DNA of 64,000 bases, taken from the NCBI GenBank assembly GCA_038087875.1, contig CM075989.1:20462001-20526000 (forward strand), given 5' to 3'. Shown here piece after piece: positions 24,311 to 34,556 of this stretch. The notes beneath the pieces were generated by a model that was not told where the DNA came from, ran no database searches, and worked only from the letters and a program-made list of their open reading frames with translations. The stretch is from Malacoraja senta (taxonomy: Eukaryota). The first letter of the stretch is position 1. Every line of letters begins with the position of its first letter. Made by a program: the position numbers and the translations under genes.

Positions 24311-24829
24311 TTACTGACAGGCCTGTGTCACAAGAGTCCATTGGATGCCTCACCGTCTCCTCTGCTTCTGTCAAAGCCAAAAAGTTTTTTAATTTGTAGT
24401 TCTGAAATTTAAACGTCTCATTAACCTAAGCTCACATAATTCTTGGTGTCAAATTTGCCGGCACCATCACTTCAAAGAAACTGGACCATGGGATGAGATA
24501 ACTGTTGCTCCTACTGGCTGCTGGATGATCTGTTGTTCTTTGATAACAACCACACGTTTTGAGGTTTTCACAAGACTTGCTAATCAAGGAGAGCATCTCT
24601 ATGTCGGGCTGAATGCAGTGGGACCTGCTGAACATCCGCGTGATGCTACAATCGTCCTCTCTGGTTTTGCGAAACAGCCTCATAGAACATTGAACAACAC
24701 AGCACACGAACAGGCCCTTTGCCCCACAATCTCCATGCTGAACAGAATGTGAAGGTAAACTAGTCTCCTCTATGACCCATATTCTTCCATTCCCTGCATA
24801 TCCATGTTAAAATTAAATTTGTATTCAAA

Positions 24830-25083
24830 GGGCAGCACGGTGGCGCAACAATATTCTCTAGGGTCATAGAGTGATACAGCGTGGAAACAGGCCTACAGCC
24901 TAACTTGCCTTCACCGCCCAACATGTCCCATCTACACAAGTTACTGCCTTACAGCGCCAGAGATCCGGGTTCAATCCTGACTACAGGGCGCGTCTGTATG
25001 GAGTTTCTCCCCGTGACTGCGTAGGTTTTTCTCCGGGTGCTCTGGTTTCATCCCACACTCCAAAGACGCACAAGTTTGTTGTA
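24830..25083 (+). mobile_element. HE1-like SINE with an 88-bp foreign insert in the tRNA head
   Basis: GGCAGCACGGTGGCGCA-[24850-24937]-AGTTACTGCCTTACAGCGCC. Confidence 0.85.
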
Positions 25084-25288
25084 AATTCTTTTCTTCTCCA
25101 GAGATGCTGCCTCACCCGCTGAGTTACTCCAGCATTTTGTGTCACCTTCTCTCTTCCTTGTGTCTCTCCTGCACCCCAGCTCACCCACATTTCTCTCACT
25201 ATCCAGCCCCTCATACCCCCCCTCCCTCCACACCCACCCCTTCCACACATACCCATCCCTCTTTGATATTTCATTCCTCTTCTCCTGA

Positions 25289-25720
25289 AGGGCCTGTCCC
25301 ACTTTCACGAGTTATTCACGAATTCTCCCGAGTTTTACCCTTGATTCAAACTCGCAGAATGTTCGTAACGGGTCCGTAGGAGGTCGTAGGAGTTCGTAGA
25401 TATATCGTAGCGGCTTGTTATGCCAGGCGTAGGTACTGGTGGCATCAGCTAAGTTGGGACGTTTTTGCCAGCCCAATTAAAAAATGTCCACGAGTAAAAA
25501 ATGGTTGGGATGAAAGAAATTTCAACTTTTTACTCGTAAGGAGGGCATCGAAATAGCCGTGGGAATTCGTAGACATACTCGTAGGAGTTCGTAGGAGTTC
25601 GTGAACACAGTCGTGGAAGGTCGTAGGAGTTCCTGGATTACCACAATCTTGATTTTTTTATTTTAGGTCTTTAAACTCGGCAGACGTTTTGAATCAAGTC
25701 GTGTAAGTGGGACAGGCCCT
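25289..25720. mobile_element. Harbinger-type MITE (distinct internal sequence) inside a Penelope-like UTR
   Basis: AGGGCCTGTCCCACTT...AAGTGGGACAGGCCCT TIRs, TGA/TAA flanks, internal CGTAGGAGTT repeats. Confidence 0.8.
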
Positions 25721-26650
25721 TAACCGGACATCCTTTTGTCTCCTTCTCATCTCTCCCTCTGTGTCCACACATCTGCCAATCAAAGCCACCCTTCTCCATC
25801 TATCACTTGCCGGGCTTTATCCTGCCCCCAGCTTTCTCTCTCTCTCCCCCCCATCCCCCACTAAAATCAGTTCCGACCAAAAATATCAAACCATTCCACG
25901 TCCTCCACAGATGCTGCCCGACCCATTGAGTTACTCCAGATCTGTGTTTTGCAGCATCTTTGTCGGCATGGGCAGGTTGGGCCGAAGGGCCTGTTTCCAT
26001 GCTGTACGGCTGCAGTTCCTTGCGTCTTTGCTTCTCATTGATGTTGACTTGACCTCCGACCAATGCTCACAAGTAAAAGAGGAAGTTGACTTGCAAGCCA
26101 TATCCAATGACTGCATTCAGACGATTTAACTAAAAAGGTTAACTTGGCAACTTGCCACCCGAGCAGGCCGAGGACAAGGCAAGTTCTTGGAAGTCGATGG
26201 GTTTCATGCTTACTGTTAAAAGGTTAGACACAGTACACCATTTACCAACTTCCTTTCTTGGTGGTTTGGCACTGTGGAAAGGGTGTCGCTATTCATCATG
26301 GTGGTCAGTGAGAAGATATTTCACTGCCTGCATTTGTATATTTTATTTCCAAAGCACTTGAGGGAATGAGGCAATCTGGAACATTAATCATATTCCAAGA
26401 ACCTTTTCCACAAGCTTTCTTTTTGTGCATAATAAAACTCAGACTTTATAAAACTCAGCTTTAGAAAGCTTAATTTTAATGCTCTATTTTATTTTTATTC
26501 TTTTTATTGGCAAATCCGTAAGTGCAAGAGAGGCTGCAAAGACATAAGAGGCTGCAGGAATCTTGAGCAAAAAAACTCCCAACGTTTTGGAGGAACTCGG
26601 CAGGCCAAGCAGCATCTGTGGAGGAAAAACCTTTTCACCCAGAGAGTTTT

Positions 26651-27390
26651 TTTATTTATTTTTTAATTTTTTTAATTTTTTATTTATTAGAAGTACATTA
26701 CATTACAACCACATACATTAGTACTCGTCACTTATATCTTCTTACGATTAATGTACTCCGTTTGTTTTTTACACTAGTGAAAGGAAAGGATAAGATTGAA
26801 AGAAAGAAGAAAGTGAAGGAAAAAGTGAAAGTGTAGAAAGTGTGACAACAAGACAGAACGAAGACCCTATAAGAACAAAATTAAAAACAAAAGAAAAAGA
26901 GTTAAGAAATAGACCCTAGAAAAGAAGGAGAAAGAGAAAGAGGAGAAAGAGAAAAACAAATAGTTTTTATGAGCATTACGCAAATGGGACATACCAACTT
27001 TCCAGCTATCATCACTCTTTACCTGACCTCATTTTTTTTTTTTAAGGTACCTTTGCACCCTATATTTGTAATAATTCTATAAATGCAGACCACGTCAGAT
27101 GGAAGTGATAAAGAAGGAACTGCAGATGCTGGAAAATCGAAGGTACACAAAAATGCTGGAGAAACTCAGCGGGTGCAGCAGCATCTATGGAGCGAAGGAA
27201 ATAGGTAACGTTTTCGGGCCGAAACCCTTCTTCTGAAGAAGGGTTTCGGCCCGAAACGTTACCTATTTCCTTCGCTCCATAGATGCTGCTGCACCCGCTG
27301 AGTTTCTCCAGCATTTTTGTGTACCTCAGATGGAAGTGATCTGGTTTACCTGCCAGGAGGAGTCTTATCTCTTCTAGGTGTAATGTTTCG
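26651..27390 (-). mobile_element. L1-clade LINE, 5'-truncated, with 70-bp flanking duplication
   Basis: ORF2 end FETLHLEEIRLLLAGKPDHFHL..TWSAFIELLQ, 3' UTR, A-rich tail; homologous to 48686-49549 and 63028-63532. Confidence 0.85.
27110..27325. mobile_element. Palindromic Penelope-like insertion within L1
   Basis: Near-perfect palindrome 27141-27326; 15-bp TSD TCAGATGGAAGTGAT at 27095-27109 and 27326-27340. Confidence 0.9.
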
Positions 27391-27434
27391 AACGTTTTGG
27401 AGGAACTCAGCAGGCCAAGCGGCATCTGTGGAGG

Positions 27435-27688
27435 AAAAACCTTTTCACCCAGAGAGTTTTGAATCTGTGGAATTCTCTGCCTCAGAAGGCAGTGGAGGCC
27501 AATTCTCTGGATGCTTTCAAGAGAGAGTTAGATAGAGTTCTTAAAGATAGCGGAGTCAAGGGATATGGTGAGAAGGCAGGAACGGGATACTGATTGTGGA
27601 TGATCAGCCATGATCACATTGAATGGCGGTGCTGGCTCAAAGGGCTGAATGGCCTACGCCTGCACCTATTGTCTATTGTCTATTGTCT
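27435..27688 (+). mobile_element. CR1 3' fragment
   Basis: TTCACCCAGAGAG...TGTGGAATTCTCTGCC...(CTATTGT)n. Confidence 0.85.
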
Positions 27689-28351
27689 AATGGCCAGATA
27701 ACATTTTCAACTGTAAATGCAAGAACTCACAGTATGAATTCAGGCCAAATGCAACTTTCCATTGTCACATATTATCAAACACAATCTTTCATAGACTTTT
27801 GAACCTCACAGAATACCCACAGATTGTTAACTCATTCACATGTGCCCCTGTGGACACAGTTCTAAGTAATAATGATAGCTGGTGACAATCTTTCTCATCA
27901 AGTGAATGTGTGTTTGTATGGTTGTCCTGGTAAATGGTAAAGTAAAACTTCCTCAACAATTGATATGCTTGAATATGGACTTTCAATGAAGAATTATTTT
28001 ACCAAAACTCAAACTTTCTCCAAAGTAAATGAAATAGTGCGCTGGGAGATGTAAAAATAATCATCTATTTTTTACTAATTTATTCCAATTGTCTAATATT
28101 ACGTTATATTATGACTTGCTTGCAACTAAGTTAACAATACTTCCGCTACTACTTTCCCCTAAGGTTTTAGATGGAGGCCATTCAGCCCATCATATCTAGG
28201 CCAGTTCTCAGGATAATCTCATAAACCCCATATTTCCATGTGACCTATTCCCTCAGATATATCCATTCACTATGTTTACATATTCTGTTGTGCTGCAGCA
28301 AGTAAGAATTTCATTGTTCTGTCTGGGACTTGTGACAATAAAACACTTATA

Positions 28352-28659
28352 GGGCAGCCACGGTGGTGCAGCAGTAGAGTTGCTTGCAGCGCTGGAGACC
28401 CGGGTTCGATCCCGACTACGGGTGTTGGCTGTACGGAGTTTGTACGTTCTCCTCGTGACCGCGTGGGTTTTCTCCGTGATCTTCGGTTTCCTCCCACACT
28501 CCAAAGGCGTACAGGTTTGTAGGCTAATTGGCTTGGTGTAAATGTAAATTGTCCCCAGTGTGAGTAGGATAGTGTTAGTGTGTGGGGATCGCTGGTCGGT
28601 GCGGACTCGGTGGGCCGAAGGGCCTGTTTCCGCGCTGTATCTCTAAACTAAACTAAACT
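28352..28659 (+). mobile_element. HE1/V-SINE-like SINE
   Basis: Consensus match. Confidence 0.9.
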
Positions 28660-29169
28660 CTTGACTCTGTTGATTCTTGACTCGTGACACTAGGTCGAAT
28701 TTACAGCAAACTCCACACAGACATCACCAGAGGTCAGGATTGAAACTAGAATCTTACTGTATGACTCCAACTATCGCAACATACATCTGCGTGGCTCTCT
28801 GTGAAATGTATGCGGCCCTTTTCATTTTTTTTTTTTTAAGGAGGCAAACTGCAACACCAAACACCACTGAAAGTATTAAATTATTGCACAAAGATACCGT
28901 TAACACATTTTAGTTTCTCTCCAGGGTGAAGCCGATTGTCACTCCTTGTTTAACTCTTTTTGATAAGAAAACTGGAAACATCACTTGGTTTATTTGAATT
29001 TCTGCACTGAAAGCTAAGATGTTGTCAAGTTTTTATTCTTGGTTGTGATCCAGGCTTTTAAGATTCCGTCTCTAGTGTCCATATCTTGAGAGCATTATTG
29101 ATCGGCTTGGATAAAGTAGCTGTAACTGTGCCAGTGAGCCACACAGAATTTTGAATATTCAAACTCGAG

Positions 29170-29471
29170 GGACTGCATGGTGGCGCAGCGGTAGAGTTGC
29201 TGCCTTACAGTGCCAGAGACCCGGGTTCGATCCTGACTATGGGTGCTGTCTGTGCGGAGTTTGTACGTTCTCCCCTGTGACCATGTGGGGTTTTCTCCGG
29301 GTGCTCCGGTTTTCTCTCGCACTCCAAAGAGGTACAGGTTTGTAGGTTAATTGGCTTTGGTAAAATTGTAAATTGTCCCTAGTGTGTGGGATAGTGCTAG
29401 CGCACGGAGTGATCGCTGGTCGGCACGGACTCGGTGGGCCGAAGGGCCTGTTTCCGCGCTGTAGCTCTAAA
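29170..29471 (+). mobile_element. HE1/V-SINE-like SINE
   Basis: Consensus match. Confidence 0.9.
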
Positions 29472-30364
29472 GTCGGAAAGATTTCTCTTTCAATAACTCT
29501 CAGTATTGTGTTGATCCATTCTTTGTATTTCGGGGAAACCTCTTTCAGGAATATACATGTAGTCATTTTGGCTGTAGTTGCAACCTAGTATTCTTGGTCA
29601 AATGGAAAGTAAAAACCTTTTTGGCAGTGTTTTAAAAAAAACATTTGTCCCTCTATGCATATCATCATAAAATCCTTGCATTTCCCAGTGTTTTGGAGAA
29701 GATGTAATGAGAGGAAGGACTTGTTTATTAACGTATTTACATAGTGGAAACTACCTGTATTTCGAACAGGACAAAAAGTTAATTCAATTATTCATAAACT
29801 GCCATGCAGCATATTCAAATTATAACTATTCATTCTGTACAGAAATGTCTAAAAGTACCATCACTTAAAACCAGAACCGAGTTTTAAAAACCAATATTCG
29901 AGTGTCAAAACACATCGCTGGTCTTTGCATTAACACCATAAAACTTTTACTGCTAACTCATTTCACTAACCACATCAACAACAAAATGCTGATGAGTTGA
30001 ATGACACTATTCTTAACACTGTCAAACATTCTGTTAAATGTGTCAGCTTGCAAAAGGCAGAAGGAACTTTCAGGCTTTTGCTGTTATCTGCTTTAACGCA
30101 GAAATTTGCGAGCAAAAGGAATCGTCTCAGCAATGCCAGTAAATGCCGCTTAAAAAAAAAAGTGACGCGCGGCGGGAAATTTGTCGTGAGATATCAGCCG
30201 ACTTTCAGGGGGAAGAACGTGAACATTTCAGCCAGTGGAATTAAAATCAAAAAGAATTGTGAGCCAAAAGTTGTAGAATCCCAGCTCATCCAGAGTAAGT
30301 GGAGAAAGAGGAAAAATCACAGAGTGCTGGAGTAACTCGATACATCAGGCAGCATGTGTAATTA

Positions 30365-30630
30365 AGAAATAAGAATGAGGGGTCGGCCATTTAGGACTGA
30401 GATGAGGAAACACTTTTTCACCCAGAGAGTTGTGAATCTGTGGAATTCTCTGCCACATAAGGCAGTAGAGGTTCTCTTATGAAGAGAGAGTTAGATTTAG
30501 CTCTTAGGGCTAACGGATCAAGGGATTATGGGAGAAAGCAGGATAGGATACTGATTTTGTAGGATCAGCCATGATCATATTGAATGGCTTAAAGGGCCGA
30601 GTGGCCTATTCCTGCACCTATTTTCTATGT
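30365..30630 (+). mobile_element. CR1 3' fragment within a Penelope-like end pair (about 30318-30805)
   Basis: CR1 tail consensus; Penelope motifs on both sides. Confidence 0.75.
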
Positions 30631-31571
30631 GTGGAGGATATGGATAGGCAATGCTTCCCATTGGGAGACTTCAGCCAGTCTGAAGGAGGCTCCTGACCCG
30701 AAACGTCACGTCCATGTTCTCTAGAAAAGTTGCCTGATCTGCTGAGTTACTCCAGCACTTTGTGTATTTGTTTTGTACACCAGCATCTGCAGTTCCTTGT
30801 GTCTCCAGGAAATTGAGAAAGATTGCAATGGCATTTGGATGTCAAATGGGCTCCAGGGAAAATCTGAGAATTGTTTGGATTTTTTGTTTTATTCTTCCCA
30901 AAGACTTGTCTGCAAAATGAACCATTTCCAACTCAATATCACATGCAAAGGGCACCTTTAACATTTTAAGCTTTGATTTATTTCCCTACCATACAAGCCT
31001 TGGTGTTTGGTGTCCACAAGTCAACTTCCCTTGATGTTTGAGATTCTGGTTCAACCACTGATGAAGCCTTGCGTTCATTCTTTCAGCTTCCATTAGGAAT
31101 GTTCATTGGAGTATCCACACAGCAGACCAAACAGGCAGAAATCATAATCATCAAAGACTTGAACAGGTGCTCTTCAGGATCTTTGTAGGCCTGCAATAAT
31201 GTAACTAATAATGAGGTGACCAAATTTGTTAAAGAATGTGAAGTCATATAGCAGGGAAACAGGCCCTTCGGCCCAACTGGTCCATGCCGACCAAGATGCC
31301 CCATCTAAACTAGTCCTATTTGCCTGCGATTGGCCCATATCCCTCTACGTTTTTAAGGTATTGGAGAACAGTTTCCCACACGCGACTGGGAACACATTCA
31401 TTCATTAAGGCTAGCGTAAGAATGATGAGATTCAGCAGAGCAATTTCACAGAAATGAACATGTGAAAACGTAAATGACCTGACGAGTGAAATCCTGAAGC
31501 ACAAGCCAAGAAACTGTACGCAATGTAAATGGAGAAGGTAACGTTTTTGCAGCATTTTTAATATAGTTCGA

Positions 31572-31962
31572 AACATAGAAACATAGAAAATAGGTGCTGG
31601 AGTAGGCCATTTGGCCCTTCGAGCCAGCACAGCCATTTAATATGATCATGGCTGATCATCCACAACCAGTACCCTGTTACTGCTTTCTCCCCATATCCCT
31701 TGATTCCTTTAGCCCTGAGAACTAAATCTCACTCTCTCTTGAAAACATCCAGTGAATTGGCCTCCACGGCCATATGTGTCAAAGAACTCCACAGATTCAC
31801 AACTCTCTGGGTGAAGAAGTTTTTCCTCATCTCAGTCCTAAATGGCCTACCCCTTATTCTTAAACTGCGTGACCCCCCGGTTCTGGACTCCACCAACATC
31901 GGAAACATTTTTCCTGCATCTAGCCTGTCCAATCCCTCAAGAATTGTATATGTTTCTATAAG
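31572..31962 (-). mobile_element. CR1 3' fragment
   Basis: LIETYTILEGLDRLDAGKMFP...FFTQRVVNLW, (TTTCTATG)n tail. Confidence 0.85.
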
Positions 31963-32065
31963 AAGCACAAGACAAGAAACTGTACGCCATGTCATTGGAG
32001 AAGGGAACGTTTTTGTAGCATTTTTAATATGGTTACATTTTGATGGGAAGTATTATGGATTTACT

Positions 32066-32510
32066 TAGAACATAGGACATTGAACAGTACAGTACAGGGA
32101 TGGGCCATTCGGCCCACAACGTTTGTGCCGAACATGATGCCAAGTTAAACTGATCTCATCTGCTGTACATGATCCTCTATCCCTTGCACTTCCAGGTGCC
32201 TCTCTAAAAGCCTCTATCGTATCTGCCTCCACGACCACACCAGGCAATATGTTCCAGGCCCCCACCACTCTGTAAAAATATACCTGCCCGGCACGTCTCC
32301 ATTGCACTTTGCCCCTCTTACCTTCCAACTACGCCCTCTAGTGTTGGATGTATACACCCTGGGGAAAAAAGCTTCTGGCTATCGACCCTATCTGTGCCTG
32401 GCATCATTTTATATACTTCTATCATGTCTCCCCTCAACTTCTGATATTCCAGAAATAACAATCCAATATTATCCAACCTCTCCTTGTGGCTGAAATCCTC
32501 TCATCCAGGC
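32066..32510 (-). mobile_element. CR1 3' fragment (older)
   Basis: RVVGAWNILPGVVVEADTI. Confidence 0.7.
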
Positions 32511-32565
32511 TGTACACATTGATGCTTCAAAATTTGAGCTTTTTTGAAAACTAATTCAGTTCAAG

Positions 32566-32882
32566 TTTGGTTTAGTTTAGTTTAGAGATACGGCGTGGAA
32601 ACAGGCCCTTCGGCCCACCGGGTCCGTGCCGACCAGCGATCCCCGCACATTAACACTATCCTACACCCACTAGGGACAATTTTTACATTTACCGAGCCAA
32701 TTAACCTACAAACCTGTACGTCTTTGGAGTGTGGGAGGAAACCGAAGATCTCGGAGAAAACCCACGCAGATCACGGGGAGAACGTACAAACTCCGTACAG
32801 ACAGCACCTGTAGTCAGGATCGAACCCGGGTCTCCGGCGCTGCATTCGCTGTAAGGCAGCAACTCTACCGCTGTGCCACCAT
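32566..32882 (-). mobile_element. HE1/V-SINE-like SINE
   Basis: Consensus match. Confidence 0.9.
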
Positions 32883-33144
32883 GATCATTTATTGCCACGT
32901 GTGACGAGGTACAGTGAAAAGCTTTTGTTTCGTGCTAACCAGTCAGCGGAAATAAACTAATTAACACTTTCATTGATAGGCATGAAGTCTCCATTAATGT
33001 CGGAGCTATTAGTTGGAAGTAGAGAATGGATCAAATTCAATGAAATTGCAAATAACTTGTGCAAGGATAAATTGTTCTCCTGATACGTGAAAAAACGACA
33101 ACAAATTAGCTGGAATAATTCTCTCAGCTGATAGTACAGAACGA

Positions 33145-33278
33145 GTCTGAAGAAGGGTCTCGACCCGAAACGTCACCCATTCCTTCTCTCCAGAGATACA
33201 GCCTGTCCCGCTGAGTTACTCCAGCATTTTGTGCCTACCTTCCATTTAAACCAGCATCTGCAGTTCTTTCCCACACAT
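33145..33278 (+). mobile_element. Penelope-like 3' end
   Basis: GTCTGAAGAAGGGTCTCGACCCGAAACGTCACCC. Confidence 0.8.
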
Positions 33279-33454
33279 AATAATTAGTACACTCCGCTGT
33301 AATTTCCAGGTAAAATAACTTTTTCAGAGAAAGTAGCTCGAGGATATAGTACAGAAAAAATAAGGATGCAGATAGATGTGGCGCAATTGAGATAACTTCA
33401 TCAATAAAGTTTTGGACTTTGGTAGGACATCACCCAAAATCATTAAGATAATAG

Positions 33455-33720
33455 TTTCAAGGTTTCAAGGTCAGTTTATTGTCACATGTACCAGTGAAGG
33501 TGCAGTGAAATTTGAGTTACCATACAGCCATACTAAGTGAAAAGCAACAAGACACACAACCACATAACAGTTTACAGAAACATCCACCACAGTGGATTCC
33601 ACATTCCTCACTGTGATCGAAGACAATAAAGTTCAAGTTCATCGGGGTGATCGAAAGTCCCGCGTCGTCGGGGCGGTTGAAACTCTCTCTGCGGCTTGGA
33701 GCTCCCGAGTCGGCCTCTAC
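33455..33720 (-). mobile_element. Non-coding element with a Rex1-like tail and GC-rich body
   Basis: Minus strand ends ATTTCACTGCACC...GGTACATGTGACAATAAA...(CCTTGAAA)n. Confidence 0.5.
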
Positions 33721-33949
33721 TTGTCACTGGCGATGTTTTTTCATAAGCTCCTGCAAAGATTTGTGCAAATCTCTCACTGCATTCGGATGATGCCAATCAG
33801 ATGTGTGTGACAGGAAGCTCAAGGCTGTCTTGAGGGGAATGCCAGAACATCACTAAGTCAGGCTGGAGCTGAAACCAATTAAAACCAGAACGTGTCTCGG
33901 TTACAAGTCCTTCTGCTGAAAGTACTTCCCAAAACTCTGCGTTGTTCAC

Positions 33950-34365
33950 GAGTTCACGTTATAAGAGTAGAATTAGGCCATTCGGCCCATCAAGTCTACT
34001 CCGCCAATCAATCATGGCTGATCTCTGCCTCCTAATCCCATTTTCCTACCTTCTCCCCATAACCCTTGACACCCCGTTCTAATCAAGAATTTGTCTATCT
34101 CTGCCTTAAAAATATCCACTGACTTGGCCTCCACAGCCCTCTGTAGCGATGAGTTCCACAGATTAACTACCCTCTGGCTAAAGAAGTTCCTTCTCATCTC
34201 CTTTTTAAAAGAGCGCCCTTTAATTCTGAGGCTGTGACCTCTGGTCCCAGTGGAAACATCCTCTCCACATCCACTCTATGTATGCCTTTCATTATTCTGT
34301 AAGTTTCAATGAGGTCCCCCCTCGACCTTCTAAACTCCAGCGAGTACAGGCCCGGTGCTGTCAAA
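33950..34365 (-). mobile_element. CR1 3' fragment
   Basis: RRNFFSQRVVNLWNSSLQRAVEA. Confidence 0.85.
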
Positions 34366-34556
34366 TGTTATGTAATGTGTAAGTATATTTTCACAAATAA
34401 ATTTCAAACTTTGCAAATGTAATCATTCAGAATAATGTAATAATATATGTCTACTTATGTAGTGAAATTTGAGTGCCCAACAGAAGTCAAATACTTATAC
34501 AGGAAAAATTATGCTGTAAGATTATTATGTTGCAAGTTTATTATATTAGTTTAGTT

